In this document: positions 36,354 to 46,000 of the stretch, piece by piece
Layout: every line of letters begins with the position of its first letter
How positions within the stretch are numbered: the stretch's first letter is position 1
Source: Massalongia carnosa
Taxonomy: Eukaryota
DNA: 64,000 nt
Direction: 5' to 3'
NCBI GenBank assembly: GCA_965645245.1
Contig: OZ287079.1
Span: forward strand, 1,674,001 to 1,738,000
Translations under genes and position numbers: made by a program
The notes under the pieces: generated by a model
What the model was told of the DNA's origin: nothing
Databases searched by the model: none
The model's input: the letters and a program-made list of their open reading frames with translations, nothing else

Positions 36354-39300
36354 CTAAGCCTCATCGGGTCCATCTACGGTTTCCGTAGATGGTCTGACGT
36401 TATCGATCGTCTGATCCATCCCTGTGAGGTCCTCTGGCGCCTTCGGTTTTCGAGGATGTTCTCTATGATATTGCAGAACCTTTTCGATAGACTTTCTGAA
36501 GTCGGTCCATGGTTGCCAAGGTGGGTCGGCGTTCCATTCGTCCCAACTTCCAATATATGTGGCCTTATACTGTACCCCAAATTTCCTTGTCTCTCGACAG
36601 TCCACTATCTCTAAGATTTCCCACTCTTCATGTGTTGCCTCCTCATCGTTCTCAGTAATCAAGACAGGTGGGCCGGGAGGCAGTACTTGCCCTGGGAATG
36701 GATTGGACGGAGCGAGATGCAACTTCCATGGATGAAATATTGGGGTTAGTCCCACAGTCTTTAAATGCTGTGGTATGTCAAGCTCATATGCCTTGTTATC
36801 GATTATCCTAACGATTTTCCAGGGACCAACGTTTTTAAACCCGAGGGAACGACTTGGACGCTCTGATGCGAAATGTTTAGCATTAACGTACACTAAATCG
36901 CCCACTTTGTATTCTGGGTGCGGTTGACGATCTTTGTTAGCATGTCGTGTTTGTTCTTCCTGGGCCCATGTTAGCTGATTTCTTAACCATTCTCGCATTG
37001 CTTCCTGGCGAGCGACTATCTTGTCAGCATGAAGTATCTCGGCTCTTCCCTTTTCTTCATATGTTCCTGGAGGCTCTATTCCCGAACGAGGATGAAAGCC
37101 GTGATCTGCGAAAAATGGTGTCATTCCTGTCGAAACGTTAACATGATTGTTGACGGCGAACTCGGCATCTGAAAGATAGTCGACCCAGTTGTCCTGAGCA
37201 TAATTGATGTATGATCGAAGGTAGTTCTTCATTACTTTATTTGCATTCTCAGTTTGACCATCCGTTTCTGGATGATGCGCTGAAGAGAACTTTATCTTTA
37301 CTCCGTATCTTTCACAAATTCTTTTCCACAGATGAGCAGTCAGCTGACTGCCTCGATCGTTTACCGTTGACAATGGAAAGCCATACGAGGAGAAGAGTCG
37401 TCGAGACATGGCGTCCATTAATTCGTCGGTGGAGAGTGACGTAAGCGGTTCGTATAATCGTCTTTTGGTTAGACGGTCTACTATCACTAATATGTGTTGA
37501 TACACTCTATTCCTTCGTCGACATTCCGGCAAAAACTCCACAAAATCTAAAGAGACGTCTGTCCATTTTCTGTTCGGTATGGGTAGAGGATTCAGTAAGC
37601 CCTGTTTCTTGACATTGTATGATTTTGACCTTCGACACATGGAGCAGTTCACTGCGTATCTTTTGCAGTGATACTTCATGTCGAACCAGAAGTAGTTTTC
37701 CATCAGTGACTGATACATGCTTTTATATCCCGGGTGTCCTTGCAGAGGAGGTTCGTGATGTTTCTGCAACAGGCATAATTGAAGGGGTTCATGATCTGGG
37801 ACATACAGCCTTTCTTTGACATATAGTCTTTCATCTTTCACTTTGAGATCTCCCATGGCTAATTTGATCCCTTTCTTTATAAGATGCGATGGAAGCTTGC
37901 GAAGTTCTCGTGTTTTGGCAGCGATTATGTCTTGAACTACTTCATCTTTTTCATAAGCTTCTTCAATTAGTTCTTCTAGAGGTTTCGCTGATGGATCTTC
38001 TTCCGAATCGTCGCCTAGTTCGTTCACCGGATTTTCATTTAAAATCTGACTCTGAGCCTCTACATCGTCCTCGATGTCCTGAGGTTCCTCAGCTTCTTCG
38101 TCAGTGTCATTTGTTCTTGTGTTTGCACAGAAGATCACTGATAAAGCCTTCTTTACGTCATCGTCCAGTTGATGCTCCTGTAGCAATGTCTGGAATTGAT
38201 GTTGTTGTCGAGAGTCGTCAAACCCTTTTGGAAGATCTTGAGAACGTCGAGTAAGTGTGTCCGGCTTTTCGCCTTGTCTGCCCGGTCGATACATGATTTT
38301 GAAATTGAACTCCGAAAGGAATTCAGCCCATCGGGCCTGTCTGCGGTTCAGTTGCTTTGTCGTCATAAAGTGTTCCAGGTTTTTATGATCAGTATAAACT
38401 TTGATTGGCTGGTCAGGCGCAGCACTTGCTGCCTCGGGCCGCCAGACCTCGAAGCTCTTTATGATAGCGAGGAGTTCCTTATCATATATCATGTAATTAC
38501 ATTCGGCCGGTGTCATCTTCTTGGAGAAATATGCTACAGGTCTGAGCACTCCGTCATGCATCTGAGATAAGACTCCGGCAGTGACGAAATCCGAAGAGTC
38601 TGTTTCTATCCATGTCTCTAGAGAAGGATCGTAGTGCGCTAACACTGGTGCAGTAGTGAAGGCCTCTTTCAAATCTTCGAAAGCTTTATTACAATCTTCG
38701 GTCCAGATGAACACGTTATATCGGGTTCTCTTCTTGCCCGACTTGGTCGTTATTTGTTCCCCTTTTGTTAATTCCGTCAGAGACCTTGTACGCTGAGAAA
38801 ACTTTGATATGAATCGTCGATAGAAATTTGCAAAGCCTAGAAAAGCTTGCACGTCCTTCACGGACTCCGGAGTTTCCCATTTCAAAATCGCTTCAATCTT
38901 CTCGGAATCCATTTGTATTCCTTCAGTGGTGACTATAAGTCCGAGGTATTTTACTTTAGTCACCGAGAATTCACATTTGTCAATGTCAACTTGGAGTCCT
39001 CGTTCCCCCAAGCGTTTAAGAACCTTCAAGACGTGATCTGAATGTTCTTCCTCATTATCACTGTAGATCAAGACGTCATCCAGATAAGCAGTACAAAAGA
39101 CGTCTAAATATTCCCGAACAGAATTATTTATATAACTCTGAAAAGTCCCTGGAGCATTGCATAAACCGAAAGGCATGACCAGATATTCGAACTGGCCATA
39201 TCTTGTGTTAAAAGCGGTAAGCCATTCATGTCCTTCTTTTACTCGAAGACGATTGAATGCCGTAATAACGTCTAGTTTCGTGAAGCGTTTTGCCTGCGAG

Positions 39301-40427
39301 AGTTTTCCGAGCGTCTCGTTAATTAGGGGAATAGGATATCGATTCTTTACTGTGATGGCATTCAGGGCTCGATAGTCCACACAAAATCTCAGTCCACCAC
39401 CTGGTTTTCGAACTAGAAGGACTGGAGCAGCTGCTGTCGACGAACTGGGACGAATGAATCCCTTTCCCATATGTTCGTCAATATACTTCTTGACAGCTTC
39501 CAACTCCTGTTCTGACATAGGCTTATAGTTCCTGACATAAGGGGGTTCTTTTCCGTCCATGAGGTTAATCTCGTGATCCTCCTTACGATGTTCCGGTAGT
39601 TCGTCTGCTTTATGCTTCATAAAGACTTCTATCATGCTATGATACTCTGAGGGGATTTTCTTCAACAATTCTTCGCGGGAGTACTCGGGTTTGCCTTTCA
39701 TAAACTTGTCATAATCCTTTGAGGTGACGGCCCCAGTGGTTGTGGCACAGAAGGTCTTATGTTTTCGGGGAGTCCATAAGTATCCCTCGTGATCTTTCTT
39801 CCTAACCATCCGAAAGAAATGTTTCGCATTGACCGGAAGGACTTCGATATCGTCTTTTGTTCCGATCCTATTCTTTGCCCTACTTCCAACAGCAAGTTCG
39901 GTGCAGGTTATTCCACGCGAAAGGCATCCCATTTCCAAGCAATCGGCAGAGTTAAACTTCATAATTCGCTCTTTCCAGTCAATGCTGGGGTTGTGAGTTT
40001 GTAGCCACCCATCTCCTAGAATAATCGCGTATACGTCCAGTTTTGCTACATAGCAAAGGACTTGTTCTTGATGATCCCCGATTTTGACGTCGACTAGGGC
40101 GGTCCTCGTGAGAAGTTGGGCAACCTCTCCGTTTCCAAGGGTCAGTTTAACCCCCGTTTCTAATTTAGAGGTGTTCAGTTTATTTACACGCGCGAAGGAT
40201 TCATCAATGAGCTCAGCCTCACTTCCATTATGAACAAGTAGACGAGTCTTAATTCCAGCTATGCTAGTTTTAAATACTAGATGCTTGCCCTCGATCTTCT
40301 TTTCAGTATCGAGAACAGCACAACTAGAGACCCTTACTGTCTTCATTTCAGCGCTACCAATTTCACAAATGATATCTTTCTTAAGACGTCCTTGATCGCG
40401 ATTTTGATCAAGGACTAAGCTTTTCCC
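36354..40427 (-). CDS. pol: Pol (PR-RT-RH-IN-chromodomain), reached by -1 frameshift from gag
   Basis: 1330-aa ORF with YLDD, an HHCC-type zinc motif and HPETDGQTE; the frame is open back to the GGGAAAA heptamer at 40427-40421. Confidence 0.93.
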   Translation of the reverse strand, partial: GKSLVLDQNRDQGRLKKDIICEIGSAEMKTVRVSSCAVLDTEKKIEGKHLVFKTSIAGIKTRLLVHNGSEAELIDESFARVNKLNTSKLETGVKLTLGNGEVAQLLTRTALVDVKIGDHQEQVLCYVAKLDVYAIILGDGWLQTHNPSIDWKERIMKFNSADCLEMGCLSRGITCTELAVGSRAKNRIGTKDDIEVLPVNAKHFFRMVRKKDHEGYLWTPRKHKTFCATTTGAVTSKDYDKFMKGKPEYSREELLKKIPSEYHSMIEVFMKHKADELPEHRKEDHEINLMDGKEPPYVRNYKPMSEQELEAVKKYIDEHMGKGFIRPSSSTAAAPVLLVRKPGGGLRFCVDYRALNAITVKNRYPIPLINETLGKLSQAKRFTKLDVITAFNRLRVKEGHEWLTAFNTRYGQFEYLVMPFGLCNAPGTFQSYINNSVREYLDVFCTAYLDDVLIYSDNEEEHSDHVLKVLKRLGERGLQVDIDKCEFSVTKVKYLGLIVTTEGIQMDSEKIEAILKWETPESVKDVQAFLGFANFYRRFISKFSQRTRSLTELTKGEQITTKSGKKRTRYNVFIWTEDCNKAFEDLKEAFTTAPVLAHYDPSLETWIETDSSDFVTAGVLSQMHDGVLRPVAYFSKKMTPAECNYMIYDKELLAIIKSFEVWRPEAASAAPDQPIKVYTDHKNLEHFMTTKQLNRRQARWAEFLSEFNFKIMYRPGRQGEKPDTLTRRSQDLPKGFDDSRQQHQFQTLLQEHQLDDDVKKALSVIFCANTRTNDTDEEAEEPQDIEDDVEAQSQILNENPVNELGDDSEEDPSAKPLEELIEEAYEKDEVVQDIIAAKTRELRKLPSHLIKKGIKLAMGDLKVKDERLYVKERLYVPDHEPLQLCLLQKHHEPPLQGHPGYKSMYQSLMENYFWFDMKYHCKRYAVNCSMCRRSKSYNVKKQGLLNPLPIPNRKWTDVSLDFVEFLPECRRRNRVYQHILVIVDRLTKRRLYEPLTSLSTDELMDAMSRRLFSSYGFPLSTVNDRGSQLTAHLWKRICERYGVKIKFSSAHHPETDGQTENANKVMKNYLRSYINYAQDNWVDYLSDAEFAVNNHVNVSTGMTPFFADHGFHPRSGIEPPGTYEEKGRAEILHADKIVARQEAMREWLRNQLTWAQEEQTRHANKDRQPHPEYKVGDLVYVNAKHFASERPSRSLGFKNVGPWKIVRIIDNKAYELDIPQHLKTVGLTPIFHPWKLHLAPSNPFPGQVLPPGPPVLITENDEEATHEEWEILEIVDCRETRKFGVQYKATYIGSWDEWNADPPWQPWTDFRKSIEKVLQYHREHPRKPKAPEDLTGMDQTIDNVRPSTETVDGPDEA

Positions 40428-42019
40428 GACTCGGAGTCAGAGTCTATCCCAACAATTCTTGTAGTGTTAAGCTTTTTTTCTTTAAATTGAGGGCAGATCG
40501 AGTCGTTTCCTCGATGACCTGACCCCCGACATGCCCAACAGCGTCCCTGACGCGACAATGTATCTCGCTCTTCCTTCTCCAACTTTTTGGGGTTGGGGTC
40601 AGGATCGTACCAAACCCCTATCCAACCAGCGGGTTTGACTATCGTGGCGCTGAACTTGGAGTTTGGATGATCACCCGACTTCTTCTCTTTTGCACTCGAT
40701 TGACGAGAATCGGAAATGGAGGTTTCTCCACTCGAGGACTTGCCTTCGCGACCAGAGTTCTTTGACGGACCAGACTTCTCTGGCCGAGGAAAGTAGTGAA
40801 CGACATCCTTGCGTCGATCTTCGATTCTCCTAGCTTCGTCGAGCAAGGGACGAAATTCGGTGAAAACTGAACCCATCAGTGAATTAGAGATGTTTGGCTT
40901 CAATGTTACAAGAAACTTCTCTATCCTCTCGTCGATGGAGGTTTTGGCCTTTTGCCAAAGCTTAAAAATTCGATGATAGTACTCGCTTACACTTTCACCA
41001 CTTTTCATTGTGATGGTGATGAGTTCTTTCTTGGCATCTCGACTCTGGAGATGTATGCCCATATAATGTTCGATCTCGTCGAACAGAGCGTCAATGGTGA
41101 GAGAGTCGCCCATGTCGACGACCCAAGAGTGCATAGCCCCAAAGATAGGCGCTTCCATCTGCGATAGAGCATAACTGACCTTTTCGCCCTCGTTGGCATA
41201 AAGCGGAGAATCGGTCTTAAGCTTGTTTCGGACTGAGTATTGCCAAGGACTATATTCCTCAGCGTCTCCGCCTTTCAGAGGCTTGCTGGGATGAATGCCA
41301 CGTGGACGCCAGTTCTGGGGATTTATAATGGTGCTCTGGGTTGTAGCAGTGTCCTCCCGTTGGCTACGAGAGGGGTCGGGAGCTGCTAGCCGTCGCTCAA
41401 GTTTCTCCTTCTCTTTCTGTAAGTCCTGTTGGGCCCGAAGGGCTTCTTCCAACTCAATTTCTTTATGCGAAAGCTCTTCCTGAGCAAGAAGGATTTGGCG
41501 TTCGTCTTCATCCTTTTCGTCAGCGAAACGGTCATTAATCTGCTTATATTGTTCTAAATGCTTCTTGGTCTTTATAAGCTTCTCATGAAGCGCGAAGCTT
41601 TTTTCGTACAGTGTTTTGTCATAGGGAATTGCTCTGGACAAAAACTCATACCAACGAGGACCTTCGTTCTCGTCTAGGACGGCATTTCGGAAGTCTTCTA
41701 GGTTGCGAATTTTGTATCGTGCGGGATGTTTCCGAGTTTCTCGTTCGTAGTATGGATGTTCCGAGATGTCAATCTCGCGAGCCCCTTCCTTCTCATTTCC
41801 TGACCCAGCCTTCGGGGTCTTTTCTAGTGTGCATTCTGTCTCGTCTCCCATCTGCTCACCGAGTGTAAGCTCGGAGTCTTCGAACGTCCCTGGCATACTA
41901 TCAGAGCGAGCCGAATGACGGGACATGGAACGGGCGCGAGTGTTAAAGGTAGGGCCTGCTTGAGTGTCTTCGCGAGGAGCGCCGGCCTTTCGAGCAGTCA
42001 GGGGAGTTTTCGAACTCAT
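40415..42019 (-). CDS. gag: Gag with CCHC knuckle
   Basis: 534-aa ORF with coiled-coil and capsid regions and CWACRGSGH......C. Confidence 0.93.
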   Translation of the reverse strand: MSSKTPLTARKAGAPREDTQAGPTFNTRARSMSRHSARSDSMPGTFEDSELTLGEQMGDETECTLEKTPKAGSGNEKEGAREIDISEHPYYERETRKHPARYKIRNLEDFRNAVLDENEGPRWYEFLSRAIPYDKTLYEKSFALHEKLIKTKKHLEQYKQINDRFADEKDEDERQILLAQEELSHKEIELEEALRAQQDLQKEKEKLERRLAAPDPSRSQREDTATTQSTIINPQNWRPRGIHPSKPLKGGDAEEYSPWQYSVRNKLKTDSPLYANEGEKVSYALSQMEAPIFGAMHSWVVDMGDSLTIDALFDEIEHYMGIHLQSRDAKKELITITMKSGESVSEYYHRIFKLWQKAKTSIDERIEKFLVTLKPNISNSLMGSVFTEFRPLLDEARRIEDRRKDVVHYFPRPEKSGPSKNSGREGKSSSGETSISDSRQSSAKEKKSGDHPNSKFSATIVKPAGWIGVWYDPDPNPKKLEKEERDTLSRQGRCWACRGSGHRGNDSICPQFKEKKLNTTRIVGIDSDSESGKA

Positions 42020-43093
42020 GACTGTGTTCTTGAGGTAAAAGAGCTCTGTCTTTCGATTCTGGAAGTTCTAAAGGTTCTGGAGTGAGGACCAGCTCGGATT
42101 CTCACGAATGGTCGTTCTGGAAAGCTAAAGGAGCAGGTCGTTGTCCCTTTCTAAATGTACTGAAAGTTCTAGAAGACTGGAAGAGTTCTAATAAGCATTA
42201 AAGGTAGTTAAATTATGTCAGGCAGCTTGCCCTGATATTATTCAGTAGCTATGAACTAGAATTTAACTACAAGGAAGGAAAGAAAAGAATAATCATCGCT
42301 GAACTCCTAAACATAATCTACCGTGGTGCGCTAGCCAGTCAAGCGACGCACGCTACTGCTTAGGCGAGTCACGCTGTCCCGTGACCACCAGAGCATGTCG
42401 GGTCAGGCCAGGACCCTGACAGAGCGCTCGGGCTACGAAATGCTTCAGAGCGGAGCTTCTTCGCGTACATATCATCATTCAGATTTCATCGAAACGCGAG
42501 GCCGAAAACGAAATATCACTGAAGATCAGATAGCTGAGGCACATTGAATTCTACAAGATAAGGAGCTGCAGTTGGAGGGAAAACGCTACACTTGGGAGCA
42601 GTTGGCCATTGAAGTCGGGGCCGAGGTCACGATTCGTACGATGAAGATTACTCTTCAAACGTCTTTGAATTATCACAAATGTCTAGCCTGTGTCAGAGGA
42701 TGGCCGATCTACTAATGGAAAGAAGAATGGATTTTTCTACTATGATACTAGCTAAATATCCCAAGTCGGAAGACTGGTATCGTGTACGATTCAGAGATGA
42801 CATACATTTTGGGTATGGGCCTGAAGAACAATTACAAATCATTCGTCAGCCTTGCACGCGATATCGTTGGGATTGCACAACATCGCGATCCGCCTTCTAA
42901 GAAAGATTGAAAAAGAAAACATTGCTGGGCTGCTGTTGATTATAATTTCAAATCAGATATCATCTTCTACGACGTTCCTAACAATAGCAACGGCAAGATG
43001 ACTCATCAAGTACACATCAACTTCATTCTCGAGCCCGTTGTTAAGCCGTGGCTGAACGAGGTGACGAATTCGTGCTAGAAGAAGATAGAGAAT

Positions 43094-46000
43094 TGTCAAC
43101 CTTTCACATGAATTCAGGAAGGATGGAAAAAGGCTGTATTCTGTATGTGGGAAATGCCCACATCTAGCTACCTATATAGAAGGGAAAAGGGGTCATGGCA
43201 GCAACGATATTAACCCCGGCAAATTGAGGGGTAAAGGTGTGGAAGAAATGGCGTAGCTTAGCGGCATCTGCCGCGACAGGGGGTCGAGGATCGGCGATGA
43301 GAATCGACCACATTCAGGTTTGACACACCCCCCCAGGATGCGAAGCATCCTGACCAAAAGAAGAAAACATGAAGCAATTCCCATTCGAGAAAAAGGTGCA
43401 ATTCTTGCAAAATCAAAATGAGATGCCAGTGAAAAGAAATTTCTGCCCGCCGAGAGGAATTCCGCCCGGTTCACTCCCGCCTGCCCCATTCCTAAATCAG
43501 ACACTTGATATCAATAAGGCCTAGCATTTCCAGAAAGGAACGATGCTTTTGCGGAGGCAAGGGCTTGGTGAGACCATCTGCCGTCATCCGGTTGGTCTGT
43601 AGATAACCCACATTGAGATGACCAAATTGAACGCTCTGTCTCAACCACAACTGAGCGATGTCTACATGCAGAAGTTTGGTGGTAACTTTGGGCTGTTCCG
43701 ACGTCAGAATGCGGATGGTCTGCATGTTATCATTGTAGATTTTGACCGAATGGTCGTAGTCGAATCCCAGCTTGCCAAAGAAATTAATCCACCAGATGCA
43801 TGCCTTGCCGGCATGGAGAAGGGCAAGCAATTCTGCCTCTGTCGTCGAAGTTGAGACGGTCGCCTGCTTCCTGGCAGCCCAGTCGATCATGCCGCCATAC
43901 AGCTTGAATGTGAAACCCTCGTAGCTGCGTCGCTCGGGACTATTTGCAAAGCTGGCATCGGCAGTGTTTTCGAAGACATGCTTTGCCGAGAGCTGATCAT
44001 CATCCGGAGACTGCACGGTAAGCTCGCCACCTCCCGAGGGTGAGTATTTTATCGCCAGATACTTAGTCGCGTGTAGATATTGCAGGCAGTGATTTGCCGC
44101 GTCTAGATGCTCCAGACCGGGACAGGTGAGATGCTCTGCCAATTTGGAGGCAGCTTTGGCAACGTCCGGCCGAGTGATATTCGCGGGATAGCAGATCGAT
44201 CCTACCTTTTTACGATATTCCTGCCTCAGGGATTGGTCGACTGACCGAGGCGAGTCCGAGTCTGGGCTAGCTGCCGAGGCAGAGGTGAATGCGATGAAGT
44301 CTGACGGTAGCGGGGATGACGGAGATTTAGACGTGTCTATCTCGTATTCAATTGCCAACTTGTCCATGTAGGAGTCTTGACAAAGATAAATGTCGCCAGC
44401 ATTTCGAACAATCCGTACACCGAGAAAGAAGCTCAATTGGCCCATGTCGCGTAATTCAAATCGAGCATTCAACTTCTGAATCAGCAGATCTACGTCTGCA
44501 GCTCTACTTTCCGGAAAGATGATGACTATGTCATCCACATAGAAAAAGAGGATGATGCCAGAGTAGTCGGTAAAAAGGCAGGGCTCGCCAGGGATCTGCT
44601 GCATGTCCAATGAGGTGAGTGCTTTGGAAAATTCTCGTAGCCATAGTAGAGGCGATTTTCGAAGCCCGTACAAAGCCCGGACCAGGAGCAAGCATTTCCC
44701 CTCGATGACGAAACCATCTGGCATATACACGTGGATGACCCTATCGGCTTTGGCATTTAGGAAGGCATTGATCGCGTCAAACTGCCTTGTCCTGAGTCCG
44801 AAAGCAGACGTCAGGGCCATGAGGCACCTGAAGATCTTAATTGCCAGCGTAGAGGCGTATACATCTTCTGCCGAGACTTCTTCCAAATCCCCTCGGACTA
44901 CCAGGCGTGCCTTGTATTTTACTAGAAAGCCATCCGGGTCGAACTTGTATGTAAATACCCACATTAGTGGAAGCGGCTTCTGATTGGAAGTTTTGGGAAT
45001 GACGACGAAGGTGTCCATTCTGAGAAGAGTCTGATATTCAAATTCGGCTGCTTTGCGAAATCCTTCTGCATGGGGATGTCGAAGCATACCTCGCCACTGC
45101 TTCGGCGGCGGCGGCAGGCTGTCCCTATGCAATCTGGTCGACCTAGTGGTCACTGCAAATGCCAAATAAACTTCCTTCATCCCGTCATCCAATCCCGAGT
45201 TTGTATTCCCTAGTGGTTCCGAAGCGATGCCGAGTGGTCTGATGCCGAGAGGTGCTGCAAGATTTGCGAATTTCTGCTTCGGTTTTCTGACTCGTTTTCC
45301 TTCGACGATATTGCTGACATCCAATTTGGCAGATCCGATATTCCTACTGGGACCGGTGCCAAAAGATTCGGCAATGCCGAGAGGCGTCCGGCCGGTTTCT
45401 GGCAGATCAGTCGGTAGATCTATGCTACTCGGAAGACTGTCTTTTACCACCCGTTTGTCGCGAGATGTTGACGAAGATGTAGCTGCAGGTGCTGAGGTCG
45501 ATGGAGGCGGAGTGCTCTCGGGAGTCGGAAGATGCTGCTGACTCGGTGAATGTCTCGGCATGATAGGGACGTCTTTCGCAGTCAACGACGCGGGCACATC
45601 CAGTGCGGACGAATTTTCAACCGACGAAGAAGGATCAGCAAATGACCGATTGCGCACAGATGTCGCCAGCCATTGCTCCTCATTTTCTGCCAAATCAACA
45701 ATGTAGGGAGCAGCATCGAAAACTTCCAGCTCTACAAACTCGGCCACCTTCTCTTCGGGAATCAGATCCTTTTTGACGTATGTGGAGAAGGTTTGATCCT
45801 CATCAAAGATAACATCTCTATATCCGCTGACCGACCAGGTCTCGGGATTCCAGACTCGATAAATGTTTGTAGAATCGTATCCGACCAGATAGCCAACAAA
45901 TGCTCGAGGGGCTAGTTTCTCACTTTTTGGCGGGGCATCTTTACCTTTCAAAAGGGGATATGCCTTGCACCCAAAGACCTTGAGATGACCAATTTCGGAA

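Larger units (their letters stand above)
36048..42421 (-). mobile_element. Full-length Ty3/Gypsy chromovirus (LTRs 36048-36256 and 42216-42421)
   Basis: TG...CA LTRs differing by a few changes; TSD GAGCG; PPT at about 36257-36270; open gag and pol. Confidence 0.97.
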
